NCBI GenBank assembly: GCA_000004695.1
Contig: CM000153.2
Span: 4,224,001 to 4,288,000, forward strand
DNA: 64,000 bases
Origin: Dictyostelium discoideum
Lineage: Eukaryota
Direction of reading: 5' to 3'
In this document: piece by piece, positions 20,481 to 35,862 of the stretch
Position numbering within the stretch: position 1 is the stretch's first letter
Layout of the letters: every line of letters starts with the position of its first letter
Made by a program: the position numbers and the translations under genes
Notes under the pieces: generated by a model
Database searches by the model: none
The model's input: only the letters and a program-made list of their open reading frames with translations
What the model was told of the DNA's origin: nothing

Positions 20481-20918
20481 TTAAATTAATGCAAATAATG
20501 CTGCTAATGTAACAAATGCAATTGAACCTATTAAAGTTGAGGCTGGACTGGTTGAGGATGGACTGGTTGAGGATGGACTGGTTGAGGATGAAGTAGTATC
20601 AGGAATACATGTGACAGTTAAGGTCGATACTTTGAATGGTTTGTTGTCTGGCAAACAAGTAACTTGTTGTTCTGCCATTAATGGTGTTTTACAATCTACA
20701 TCAATAAATGGATTGAGATTAAATTTAGATGGATCGTTTGTTGGTGTTACTTTACCATACAAATTTGTGCATACAGTTTGACAAGCTCCATTTTCTAATG
20801 TTATTATTTTAGTTGCATTACAACCTGGACCGTCAACTTTAAATCCGACATATCCAGTTGCATTTGACACTGCAAAAATTAAAGATAATAATAATAACAA
20901 TGATTTTATAAATAGCAT
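20481..20918 (-). CDS. Small Cys-rich secreted, probably GPI-anchored, protein of 145 aa (ponticulin-like architecture)
   Basis: N-terminal signal peptide (MLFIKSLLLLLSLIFAVSNA). About 8 Cys. Ser/Thr/Pro repeats (PSSTS x3) before a C-terminal hydrophobic tail LIGSIAFVTLAALFALI, typical of a GPI signal. ATG confirmed at 20918. Confidence 0.6.
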   Translation of the reverse strand: MLFIKSLLLLLSLIFAVSNATGYVGFKVDGPGCNATKIITLENGACQTVCTNLYGKVTPTNDPSKFNLNPFIDVDCKTPLMAEQQVTCLPDNKPFKVSTLTVTCIPDTTSSSTSPSSTSPSSTSPASTLIGSIAFVTLAALFALI

Positions 20919-21072
20919 TTTTTTTTTTTTTTTTTTTTTTTATTTATTTAATTATATTTAATGTATTTATTTTAAATTACAAAAATAATAATAAAAAAAA
21001 AAAAAAAACACTTTAAATATTTTTTTTTTTTTTTCCACTAAAAATCTATTCTTGTTTTTGATTGTGATAGTA

Positions 21073-21105
<33 letters not shown>

Positions 21106-21483
21106 CCTATTGCCCAATAAAATCCTTTTAAATCTAGATTAATATATTTTCAAATAAAATTTAAAAAGAATTGAATTTTGTGAGAAAGAAAAGAAAAAAA
21201 AAAAAAGCGTTTAGAAAAGTTAAAATTTTAATTAATAAGAAAATGAATTTAAAATCTAAAGTTTCAACCAATTAAAACCATTGTTTAATTTTAATTTCAA
21301 ATAAAATCCAAAATCCCATTTTTTTATTTTTTTTTTTTTTTTTCAAATCGAAGGGTCCTTGTTGTTGGTGTTTTTTTTTTAAAAATTTTGGCTTTTTTTT
21401 TTTTTTTCCTTTGTTTTCAAAAATAAAATTAAAAAAAAAGAATTATTGTTGGAATAAAAAAAAAATTTTTTGGAGAGATATCT

Positions 21484-22608
<1,125 letters not shown>

Positions 22609-22654
22609 CCTTTTATGGTGCCTTGGTTAAAACTGAATGAATGCAAAAACGAAA

Positions 22655-22737
<83 letters not shown>

Positions 22738-23144
22738 ATTAAATATTTGATCAACAATTAAATAAGTTGATTGAAAATATCTAAACAATTTCTCCTTTTA
22801 CATTAATTTTACTTTATTTTTTATTTCTTTTTCTTATTCTTTTTCTTTTTTTTGTATATTTTTTTTTTATTTTTTTTTTTTTTATTAGAAGAAATAAAAA
22901 ATAAAAAAAAATTAGAAAAAACAAAACAAAAAAATTAAGATAATTGAATCAAATATCTTTTTTTATTTTTTAAACCATTTTAAAAAATAAAAGAAATCAA
23001 TAAATGAAGTGAAACAATTTCTAACTGAAAAATTATATTAAAAATCAAATTCATTTTTCAAAAAAAGGTACCAATTTTATAAAAAAGTTGCGCTTTTTTT
23101 TTTTTTAATGCGAAAAATTTTGAAAATTAAAAGGATAAATAATT

Positions 23145-23176
<32 letters not shown>

Positions 23177-23250
23177 TTTTTTCCCCTTTCAGTGAGACAA
23201 ATAATTGTTAAAATATATATAATCATTATCTTTTTATTACTATTATTTAA

Positions 23251-23312
<62 letters not shown>

Positions 23313-23435
23313 AAAAAAATAAAAAAAATAAAAAAAATAATAATAAAAAAAATAAAAATAAAAAATATATTAATGAATTAATTAATTTTAAGATCAATAA
23401 ATAAAATAAATAAAATAAAATAAAATTAAATAAAA

Positions 23436-23841
23436 ATGATTGAAGATAATATAAATAATAATGAAAATGAAAATGAAGATAAAAATGGAAATGGAAATGA
23501 AAATGAAAATGATAAAAATAATAAAAATAATAAATTTGAAGCTTTATTGATGCAATCACCAATTTCACAATCAACACCATTTATATTTCCATCACCAAAA
23601 ATAAACTCAAACATTTTAACAACAGAGCCATTAACAACACAATTGTCATCCTCACCAACAACTACACCGTCATTAAAAAAGAGAAAACCAAAAACAGTAA
23701 GAAATCCATTTATCGGTCCATCATCGAATAAAACCAAATCAAATTTCCCAGAGTTTCCATCTTGGACATTCGAGAAAAATAATAATGATTTTTGTCAAGG
23801 TGGTTTATCAATAAAAAATAAACACCTTTTTACTTTTGATG

Positions 23842-23918
<77 letters not shown>

Positions 23919-24379
23919 TTAAATATAAATTTTAATAATCGTAGTATTTATAATAATTATAAAAATAATAATAATTTCAATCAAAGTGATGATGAAGATT
24001 GTGAAAAAGATAATGATCGTTTTTTAAATTCAGAAAACTTTGATGAAGAGGAAGATGAAGAAGATGAAGATGATTGTACCAATAAAAATTTTGAATGGTC
24101 AATTGACATGTTGGCTACCATTATGCCTGTAAATATAACATTGGATAATCAACAAAATAATTTAAACTCTACCAACAATAGTGATAATGGCTATGAAAGT
24201 TCAACTGAATTGTTTGAATTTAAAAAATGGAAAATTGAAGATGAAAAAAAGTCAAATGATTATTTCAGTAGACCAACAATTTATCCACATGTAAAAATTA
24301 ATAATCAAAATAATCAAAATAATCAAAATAACTCTTTTTTATTTAAATCATCAAAAACAAACCAATCAATACAACAACT

Positions 24380-24422
<43 letters not shown>

Positions 24423-24432
24423 AATAATAATG

Positions 24433-24476
<44 letters not shown>

Positions 24477-24722
24477 TCAACCTTGACTTCTTCTAATAGT
24501 TTAAGTGGTATTAAAAGAAAGTCATCAGGAAGTAATTATAATAGTGAAGATGATACCTATTCAATTGAAAAGGATCAAACTGGTGTATCTGCATTTGTAG
24601 ATGATATTTTAATTGGAGATATAAATCTTAGTAGTATTAGTAGTATAGGTGGTGGAAATAGTGGAATCGTATTTGGTAGACCAACTATCTTTAATACCCC
24701 AACTCATTTTAATACATATATT

Positions 24723-24813
<91 letters not shown>

Positions 24814-24938
24814 GTGGATCAAACTCCAAACCTATTATTGCAAAAAGATTTCCAAATAGACCACAATTCCCAGAGTGTTTAGAAGAATCATTCTCAATAA
24901 ATTTAAACAAACAATCTCAAAATAACAATAATAATAAC

Positions 24939-25033
<95 letters not shown>

Positions 25034-25221
25034 TAATAATATTAAAATTATCAACAATAACAATAATGATTCTGACATATTTTTAACACCAATGACACCT
25101 GTGAAAATAACTAGTGTCACCAAGTCCACAAGAAAATCAAAATATAATTTTCATGTAACAGATCCATTGATACTACCTGATATATCACCAATCAAAATGT
25201 AAGTAATAAAAAATAAATTAA

Positions 25222-25260
<39 letters not shown>

Positions 25261-25500
25261 AATTTCCAAGGGATAATACAAATAATTAATTAATTAATTA
25301 ATTAAATAATTAATTAATTAATTAATTAAATAATTAATTAAATAATTAAATAAATAAATAAATAAATAATAATAATTTTTTTTATTTTTCTTAATAGTAA
25401 ACACCCAATAACTCCAACACAAATTAATAGCAATTCATCAAATAATATTGTGTCTCCATCTTCCTCTCCATCCAAAAAGTTCGAATATTGTAAATTTTAG
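23436..25500 (+). CDS. Hypothetical Asn/Gln/Ser-rich protein, about 620 aa. Exons: 23436..25198, 25398..25500 (putative 3' micro-exon).
   Basis: Long ORF from ATG 23436 with several (AAT)n/(CAA)n tracts. The ORF's terminal ATG-TAA overlaps a canonical GTAAGT donor at 25199. An AT-rich 199-nt intron ends ...ttcttaatag|, and the next exon reads in phase (IKHPITPTQINSNSSNNIVSPSSSPSKKFEYCKF*). Confidence 0.5.
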
Positions 25501-25796
25501 ACTATGTTAATAAACAAAAAAAAATAAATAATAATTATAATAATAAAAAAAAAAATAGAAAAATATGAATAAGATAAAAATAAATAAACAACCAAACAAT
25601 AGCAATTATTATTAATAATATATCAACAATAATTAGTAATATAAAATAAATTTGAAAAAAAACCCACAAAAAAAAAAAAAAAAATCACACCAACTGGTGT
25701 GAAACCTTTGGCATTATATAATCTTTTTTAAAAAAAAAAATAAAAAAAAATAAAAATAAAAAAATCTAAATCTTGAATTTGTAAAAAAAAGTGTAT

Positions 25797-25828
<32 letters not shown>

Positions 25829-25954
25829 ATTTATTTTATTTATTTATTTATTTATTTATTTATTCGCTTACTTTTTTTTTTTAAAAAAAAAAATATATTA
25901 TTTGTCTGACATGTAAAATATCGTCTTTTTGTTTAGAAAAAAAAAATTATAAAA

Positions 25955-25993
<39 letters not shown>

Positions 25994-26106
25994 AAATTTC
26001 ATATTTTAGAATCACGCGAGTATATTGTTTTTTTTTTTTTTTTTTCGTTTGTTTTTTATCTTTTTTTTTTTTGAAACAATAACATAATTTTGTATTTTTT
26101 ATTACG

Positions 26107-27736
26107 ATGATAAGCCAATCTTACAGAATTTTATCAAGAATCAGTAGAAATAATGAATTAAAAAAAACCTTTTTAACCAATTTAAACTGTAAATCATCAT
26201 CACCATCAATTATCAGAGTATGTTAATAATTTTCTCTCGTTAAAATAAAACAAATAAAGAAAATAAATAAATAAATAAATAATTGATAAATACAATAAAA
26301 GACCACAATAAAAATAAATAAATAAATGATAATTTTAAAAAAAAATAACAAGTATCACAAAATTCTAAATAAAAGAAATTAAACTATATCTATCTATATA
26401 TATATTATTATTTATATTTGATTGAAATCATAGAGTTTCTGTAAAAAACAAAATTTAGATGAAAATTTTGAATATACAAACAAATTAGAAGTTCAAGAAC
26501 TTAAACACTATATACCATGTTATACTATTATGGATCAAGAAGGTGTCGTTTCAAAACCTGACCAAGACCCAAATGTAAGTTTTGCATTATTATTATAATT
26601 ATTTTTTTTATTTTTTATTTTTTATTATTATTATTAATATTTTATTTTGTTTATTTATATAGTTTAGTAAAGAAGAAGTTATTAAAATGTATACAACAAT
26701 GTTAACATTAAATGTTATGGATTCAATTCTTTATGATGTACAAAGACAAGGTAGAATTTCATTTTATATGACATCATTTGGTGAAGAAGCAATTCATATT
26801 GGATCAGCAGCAGCATTAGAGATGAGTGATACAATTTTTGCACAATATAGAGAGACTGGTGTATTCATGTGGAGAGGATTCACAATCAATGATATTATCA
26901 ATCAATGTTGTACCAATGAACATGATTTAGGTAAAGGTAGACAAATGCCAATGCATTTCGGTTCAAGAAAGATTAATCTTCAAACTATTTCATCACCATT
27001 AACAACTCAATTACCACAAGCAGTGGGTAGCTCATACGCTCAAAAATTAGCAGGTGAAAAGAATTGTACCATCGTTTACTTTGGTGAGGGTGCTGCAAGT
27101 GAGGGTGATTTCCATGCTGCTATGAATTTCGCCGCAGCATTGTCAACACCAACTATCTTTTTCTGTCGTAACAATAAATGGGCAATCTCTACACCCTCAA
27201 AAGAGCAATACAAAGGTGATGGTATTGCTGGTCGTGGTCCAAATGGCTACGGTATGAAAACTATCAGAGTCGATGGTAACGATATTTGGGCCGTATACAA
27301 TGTGACTAAATTAGCACGTAAAATCGCCGTCGAAGAACAAGTTCCAGTTCTCATCGAAGCTATGACCTATCGTGTTGGTCATCATTCTACCTCTGATGAC
27401 TCTTCTCGTTATCGTACTGTTGAAGAGATCAACGCTTGGAAAGAAGGTAAAAATCCAATTAGTCGTTTAAGAAACTACATGAATCACAAAGGTTGGTGGA
27501 GTGATGCTCAAGAGAAGGAAACTATCGCAAACGCTCGTACTACCGTTCGTGAATCCTTAGTCAACGCTGAAAAACAATATAAACCATCAATCAATGAAAT
27601 CTTTACCGATGTTTATGATAAACCAACTCCAAATCTCATCGAACAACAAAAAGAATTAATTGAACATTTGAAATTATATCCAGATGAATATCCATTAAAT
27701 CAATTTGCTGATTCAAAATTAATTTTAAAAGATTAA
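26107..27736 (+). CDS. bkdA: Branched-chain alpha-keto acid dehydrogenase E1 alpha subunit (2-oxoisovalerate dehydrogenase alpha, mitochondrial). Exons: 26107..26217, 26434..26574, 26663..27736.
   Basis: Strong collinear similarity to BCKDHA: ...KEEVIKMYTTMLTLNVMDSILYDVQRQGRISFYMT, YGEEAIHIGSAAAL, GKGRQMPMHFGS, the TPP-binding region FGEGAASEGDFHAAMNFAA, FFCRNNKWAISTP, EAMTYRVGHHSTSDDSSRYR (phospho-Ser loop), C-terminal LYPDEYPLNQF. Exon 1 encodes a presequence (MISQSYRILSRISRNN...). Donors GTATGT at 26218 and GTAAGT at 26575, all phase 0. Confidence 0.9.
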
Positions 27737-27936
27737 TTTAATAATAATAAAATAAAAAAATAAAATAAAAAAAAAAAATTAAAATTAAAAATCTAAAAAT
27801 AAAATAAAAAAAAAAACATTGTTTTATTTTCTATTTTGGGTAAAAAAAAAAAAAAAAAAAAAACCTATGTAAAAGTATCATATAATCCATCAAAATTTGG
27901 AAAAAATTATCCAGATGAGGCTTATACTAAAAAAAT

Positions 27937-28068
<132 letters not shown>

Positions 28069-28251
28069 AGGTAATGAAAAATATTCTTGAAATTTTTTTT
28101 TTTTTTTTTTTTTAAGTTTAAACTTATTTTTTTATTATCATTTTTATTTATTTAAAATTATGTTTATCATATGAGTCATCAAAATTAAACAATTCAATTT
28201 TTTGGGAATAAAATTTTTAAAAAACTCAAAAAAACTAGGACAGCGCATCAA

Positions 28252-28286
<35 letters not shown>

Positions 28287-28374
28287 GAAGTGTGGGTTGA
28301 AAAAAAAAAAAAAAAAAAAAAATTATATTTATTTACTCTCAAGAAGATAAACTTCTAAATGTATATATATAGCG

Positions 28375-30133
<1,759 letters not shown>

Positions 30134-30279
30134 TTTAATTTTAAAAATAATTAAAAATAAAATAAAATAACATATATAAAATAAAATAAAAAAATAAAAA
30201 AAAAAAAGTATTTATATATTGTATATTTTTTAAAAATAAAATTGAAATTGTTGTTGTTCTTGTTGTTGTTTTTTTTTTA

Positions 30280-31550
30280 TTATAATTTATTTTCTAAAAA
30301 CTTTTTATAGAATAAATTACCCCTTGAAACTATATAAAATATTGGAATTTCAGGTATAATATAAGTTGGATGTGAAATAACCTTTGCAATATCAGTTGTA
30401 TGTTTAACTCTAATCCATTTCTTTTCAATTTCTTTAATCTTTATATCTGATAAAATTGGTTTAGTCCAATTTGTTTCAAAATAAACTTCAATACGATCCA
30501 TTGTATATTCTTTCTTTGTATCCCATGGTGCAAATTCTGGATTTTCTGGTGGAAACATCATTTGTAAATGATCACCAAATGTATGATCTTCTTGGAAATC
30601 CATAATAAAATCACTAAATTAAATCAATAAATAAATATTAATATAAAGTGATAATTTTAAAAATATCAATTAATATTTATTATTATTTACCTTTTACCAA
30701 ATTCAGGATATAAAAATACAACTGGAAAATGAACATCATTATTTTGATCAATTGTAACTTTTCTATCGGATTGATAAGTATATTGTGACATATCAAATAT
30801 TTGGTGACCTAATTTATATTTATTTTTTTCATAAAGTTTTGTAGCTAAAAGTTGTTGTTGTTGTTTTAATTGATTTTCTTTATCAATTTTATCTTGTTCA
30901 CGTTTTTTAATATCTTGTAATTTTTTATTAGCATTCTCTCTAATTGTTGATAAATCCTTATTGGTTGGTTCATGTGATAAACCTAAATCACAAGTTTTAA
31001 TTGAATCTTGGTATTTTGATAATTGTAATTGTGCTCTTGCCATACGACTATAGGCTTTCATATTCAATGGATTGAATTCGACTGAGACTGTACAATCTTT
31101 AATTACTAAACCATAATTTCCCAATTCCATATTGATTGCTGCTCTATTTGATAAATAGATTGAATTCTTTGTCATATCATTACACTTGACTGACAATGCT
31201 TTATTATAATAGTAAAGGGCATCATTGAAACGTGATTTACCCTCTCTAAAGTAATCATTACCTAAATTCTTAAAGGTTTCAGCTCTTTCCTCTGGTGTAC
31301 AATCATTTGAAAGTGATTGAAATGCTGCCAAATATTGATTTGATGATGGTTCTTCTGGTAATTCTTGCATGAAAATTGGTAAATCTTTCCAATCATTATC
31401 ATAGTCAATTGGTTTCTCACCTCTATCAATTAATTCTTGATTTGACTTTTTTCTTTCCTCTTTTTGTTGTTTCCATGCTATAACACTTCTTTCCCAAAGA
31501 ATATTTTCTTCTTCTTCTGTTAATCCTCCTGTTGCATCTGCTGTTGACAT
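30280..31550 (-). CDS. ttc4: TTC4 / Cns1-like TPR co-chaperone, about 397 aa. Exons: complement(30280..30613, 30691..31550).
   Basis: TPR region (AETFKNLGNDYFREGKSRFNDALYYYNKAL...). Donor AG|GTAAAT at 30690, phase 2. Acceptor tttag| at 30614. The C-terminal exon SDFIMDFQEDHTFGDHLQMMFPPENPEFAPWD...IEVYFE matches the TTC4/Cns1 C-terminal wheel domain (QDFIAAFHEDSRFIDHL...LEVYFE). Confidence 0.8.
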
Positions 31551-31663
31551 TTTTCTTTTTTTTTTTTTCTTAAGTTTTTATCTAAAAATGAAAAATAAAA
31601 AAATAAAAAATAAAACATTACAAAAACGAAAAATTCACTTTCATTTTTTTTTTATTTTAATTT

Positions 31664-31707
<44 letters not shown>

Positions 31708-31796
31708 TGAGATATAAATTTATTTATTTATTTATTGTAGATTCTAATTTGTTATTTTTCTTGATTATTTAAATGAACAACCTTCCATTTATTCTT

Positions 31797-32119
31797 TTAA
31801 CATTCATCGAAAGCTTTTTCTACGTCTTTTAAAAACTCATGATCTTCTTCATCATCAAGCTCTCCTTCACAATAAAGATAATAATTAATACCATTACATT
31901 CATCCTTTCTTTTTATTCCAATTTTAGCATCTTTAAAGTAGTTTGTGGCTATGGTAGTAAATCTCTTAATGTTTTTTCAACAATTTCAATCATCATTTTT
32001 TTGCAGTCATCAGTACATTCTTTTTTAATACCTGGGAACTTTTCGAGGTCCCCAGTTAAATCTTCATGTAATCCCCTGTTAAAATCAAACTTCTTTGAGC
32101 ATTCTTGGTGTTCACACAT
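31797..32119 (-). pseudogene. Small Cys-rich ORF split by a -1 frame change at an A6 (plus-strand T6) homopolymer. Either a frameshifted or pseudo gene, or a sequencing error. Unknown family.
   Basis: Minus-strand ATG at 32119 gives MCEHQECSKKFDFNRGLHEDLTGDLEKFPGIKKECTDDCKKMMIEIVEK, then a stop at 31949. A second frame continues ...NIKRFTTIATNYFKDAKIGIKRKDECNGINYYLYCEGELDDEEDHEFLKDVEKAFDEC* to 31797. One extra A in the run at plus 31972-31977 fuses them into a single 107-aa ORF. There is no GT..AG intron between the pieces. Confidence 0.3.
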
Positions 32120-32395
32120 TAAAATTTTTTTTAAAATGATTTTAAATACTAAAAACAGAGCACTCCAAAATGATATAAAATTAAATAAAATTTATTATTT
32201 TTGTTTTTTTTAACTTGAAAATGTTTTTACCAAAACAATTCGTTAGGTTTTTTTTTTTTTTGAAAAGATAGGAAATGTGAATATGTTTTTTAATTTTTAA
32301 TTTTAATTTATTTGTTATTTTTTTTGGAGTACAATTTTTTTATTTTTTTATTTTTTTTTTTTATTTTCTTTTTTTTTTAGATTATAAAAATATTT

Positions 32396-34939
32396 TTATA
32401 ATTCATTTTTAATACTTGCTAATTCATCTAAACCTAAACAAATATTCATATTTTGAAGTGCTTGAGTTGCAGCACCTTTTAATAAATTATCTAAAGTGGT
32501 TACGACAACTAAATGATTACCATTGACAGCAAAACCACCAATTGTAACAGTATGTTTACCACTATTTGATTTAACCTCTGGAATACCATCTTTATCGATT
32601 TTAATTAACGGTTCATTTTGATAGAATTTTTGATAACGTTCGACCACTTGTTCTTTGGTCATTGGATATTTGAGTTCCATTGAGATTGTAAGGGTAATAC
32701 CTTGAAAGAATTGACCAACATGTGGCATGAAATAGATTGGACTACCCAATTGATGACTAACCTCAAGTTCATGAGTATGTTGAACCAATTTGTAAGGTAA
32801 GATATTATCACTTAGACGTGTTGGATCATTCTTTTCAGATGGTTTACTACCAGCACCGGAATAACCTGAAATACCAAAACAAGATGGTGGTGTTACTAAA
32901 TCATTGACAAATGGCTTCAATGTTAAAAACATACCAGTTGCATAACAACCTGGATTGGCGATTAATTTGGATTCTTTAATTGCTGCACGATTGGTTTCTG
33001 GTTGACCATAGGTCCATTTTTCATTGAATCTATGATCGGAACTAAGATCTACCAACACTGGTGATTCACTTGAATTCTCCAAGGTTTGAATGTATGGTGA
33101 GGAAATTTTATCTGGTAAAGCCATGAACCAACCATCAATACCATGATCACGTGTGAAAATATCGATATTTTCTGGTTTAACATTATCGAATTTCAAATTT
33201 GATTTAAGTTGAGGGAATTCAGTTGTGATTGGTTTACCGAAATTGGTGGATGATGAAGCAATGGCCAACTCTAAATTTGGATGACCATCAATTAATCTAA
33301 CTAAATTACCACCAGTGAAACCTCTTGCACCAATTAAACCAACTCTAAATTTATGATTCTTATCTTGAAGTAATTTCTCTGATGCAGATTTTGATGAAGC
33401 AGCTTTGGTAATACCAGATAAATAGGTTGAACTTTGTGAAAGACATTCTTTAATTGAGTTTTCAATTTTGTTTGTATCAATATTTGTCCAAAATATATTA
33501 TTAGTGGCTCCAGTAATGAAACCTGTTGCAATCTTTTTAAACCATTCATTGTTGAGTTGATTATTTGATGATTCTTTCCAAATGTATGAAGAATTTTCAA
33601 ACATTTTTTTGAAAACACTTTCAGAATCTTCAGTGGATTGAATCGAATTATTAAAGAAAAAGAATTGATCAACATAGGAAACTGAAGAACCCGATGATAA
33701 TGGTCTAACTAAAATACCGGCAGTATAATGACTATTTACAAATGCTTTAACTACACCTTTGGAAAGATCGGTTTTCAATTGTTGATAATCGATTCTACCA
33801 CCTTTGGTACCAGTTGATTTTTCAATGAGAGCAAAGAATTTTGTTTCATCAAATGATGGTGATTCATGTGAATGCATAACTTCACCTCTTTCAACAGTGG
33901 TACCACTACCATCCTTTGCAAATAGCTCCTTCATTAATAAATCTGGACTTGTGATAGTGATCGAAGTTGATGGTGGTAATACATCAAGACAACTCTTAAA
34001 TTCCTTTAACTTTAATTTAGTTCCATGTTTAACCCATGGTTGTTTCATCAAGTCGGCATATTGTTCATCGAGTTTAATATGTTGCATAACTTTACCATCA
34101 CCATCTTTCATACCGGCTGTTGTATTAATGAATAGGATCTTCAATGGGTTAATGGATTTGGCCAATTCTAAAGCGGCTACATCTGCATTGATATTTAAAA
34201 CTTGACCCTCTGGTGTCATGGCTAAGGAACTAATCACTGGTACGTAGTCATTGGTGATACAAGATGCCAATGCGTCGGTATGAATCTTTGTTACATTACC
34301 AACGAAACCATATAATTTTGGATCCAACGGTGTGGCTTGGTAAACTCCTTGTGTTACTGGTCTTGCTTTGGTACCACTACTCTCCAATGCTTCAACAATC
34401 TTTAAATTCTCTCTTAAGAAAACACGTTGTGCAATTGCCAATACTGATGGTGGAGTAACACGTAAACCTTCTACATACTCTGCTGGTTCGCCTGCTGCTG
34501 CCAATTCTGCATTCAATTGTGGACCACCACCATGAACTACAATTGGAAATAATCCAATCTTTTTCAAGAAATTTAATGATCCTATTAATGAACTAATGTC
34601 CGATTCAATTACACCACCTCCGATCTTTACTAAAACGATTTGTTTTTGATCTTTAATCTTTACACTCTTTGAATAATCAACTGCTGTAGTATTGGTGCTT
34701 CCTGACTTTGATGTATTAAAATTAATAGTTGCAGATGATGAACTAACTTTGGTAACTGATGGTTTCTTACTAACAAATTCTTCAATCTTTTTAATTTGAC
34801 TATAAATTCCATTACCACTAGTAATTGATGTTGATGATGATGAATAATTAACAACTCTTTGATTGTTATTTTTACATTTTAATAATGTTGATTCATTTTT
34901 AATTACACTTTTAATTAATTTATTGGAATTTCTTAACAT
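32396..34939 (-). CDS. Bifunctional acetylglutamate kinase / N-acetyl-gamma-glutamyl-phosphate reductase (ArgB-ArgC fusion, ARG5,6-type), 847 aa, single exon, mitochondrial presequence
   Basis: Amino-acid-kinase domain (VLVKIGGGVIESD..., VVHGGGPQLN, NINADVAALELAK). The C-terminal AGPR domain has LIGARGFTGGNLVRLIDGHPNLEL, the catalytic NPGCYATG and HTHELEVSHQL. The N-terminal roughly 100 aa is S/T/N-rich. ATG confirmed at 34939. Confidence 0.9.
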   Translation of the reverse strand: MLRNSNKLIKSVIKNESTLLKCKNNNQRVVNYSSSSTSITSGNGIYSQIKKIEEFVSKKPSVTKVSSSSATINFNTSKSGSTNTTAVDYSKSVKIKDQKQIVLVKIGGGVIESDISSLIGSLNFLKKIGLFPIVVHGGGPQLNAELAAAGEPAEYVEGLRVTPPSVLAIAQRVFLRENLKIVEALESSGTKARPVTQGVYQATPLDPKLYGFVGNVTKIHTDALASCITNDYVPVISSLAMTPEGQVLNINADVAALELAKSINPLKILFINTTAGMKDGDGKVMQHIKLDEQYADLMKQPWVKHGTKLKLKEFKSCLDVLPPSTSITITSPDLLMKELFAKDGSGTTVERGEVMHSHESPSFDETKFFALIEKSTGTKGGRIDYQQLKTDLSKGVVKAFVNSHYTAGILVRPLSSGSSVSYVDQFFFFNNSIQSTEDSESVFKKMFENSSYIWKESSNNQLNNEWFKKIATGFITGATNNIFWTNIDTNKIENSIKECLSQSSTYLSGITKAASSKSASEKLLQDKNHKFRVGLIGARGFTGGNLVRLIDGHPNLELAIASSSTNFGKPITTEFPQLKSNLKFDNVKPENIDIFTRDHGIDGWFMALPDKISSPYIQTLENSSESPVLVDLSSDHRFNEKWTYGQPETNRAAIKESKLIANPGCYATGMFLTLKPFVNDLVTPPSCFGISGYSGAGSKPSEKNDPTRLSDNILPYKLVQHTHELEVSHQLGSPIYFMPHVGQFFQGITLTISMELKYPMTKEQVVERYQKFYQNEPLIKIDKDGIPEVKSNSGKHTVTIGGFAVNGNHLVVVTTLDNLLKGAATQALQNMNICLGLDELASIKNEL

Positions 34940-35429
34940 AACTATTTTATAATTGTTGAGATTTTTTTTTTTTTTTTTATTATTTAAAAATATAGGGAAT
35001 GAAAATATATATTTTAATTTTAATTATTTATTTTTTTTTTTTTGTGTGTGAAAAATTTTAGAATGTAGTGTTGTTCACTTAATTGGTCTTTTTATACTTT
35101 TTGTTTTTTTTTTTTTTTCAATTTTTTTTTTTTTTTTTTTTTTAATTTTATTTTTTTTTTTTTTATTTTTAAAAATAAAAAAATAAAAAAAAAATAAAAA
35201 ATTAAAAAAAAAATCTGGACCAAAAAAGTAAAAATAAAAACAACATTGTGGCATTCAAGAAAATAAGAAAAATGAGATAATTTCAAATAAAAATATTTTA
35301 AATTAGTATATTCATTTCATTTTTTAATATTATTATTATTTTATTTATATATTTAGAAATATCATAGATATTTAATTGTAATTAATTTTCAAATATAAGG
35401 AGAAATTTATTCAATAAAATAAGAATCAT

Positions 35430-35467
<38 letters not shown>

Positions 35468-35749
35468 CAAATCATATGACCTCACCATTTTTAGAGATTT
35501 TAAAAAAAAAAGAAAAAAAAAAAGGAAAAAAAAAGTTGTCAAAAAAAAAAAAATAAAAAAAATAAAATAAAATTAAAAATTAAATTAAATTTAAAAATTT
35601 TTTTTTTTAATTTTTTTTTTTTTTTTTAAATAAGTGTGTGGAAAATTCTTTTTTTCGTTTTTTGTATTATAAATATTTATTAATTTTATTCTATTGCAAT
35701 AACAGCATTAATTCATTTCTGTCTAATTAAAGAAACTCCATATAAAAAA

Positions 35750-35789
<40 letters not shown>

Positions 35790-35862
35790 TTTTTCAAAAA
35801 TAAAAATACACATACATAAATAAAAAATATATTAGTAATATAAAAAAAAAAAAAAAAAAAAA

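Noticed and set aside
31839-32213. 124-aa plus-strand ORF (MIFFIIKLSFTIKIIINT...)
   Set aside because: Low-complexity Ile/Phe-rich reading of AT-rich DNA. The opposite strand holds a much more protein-like (though frameshifted) Cys-rich ORF.
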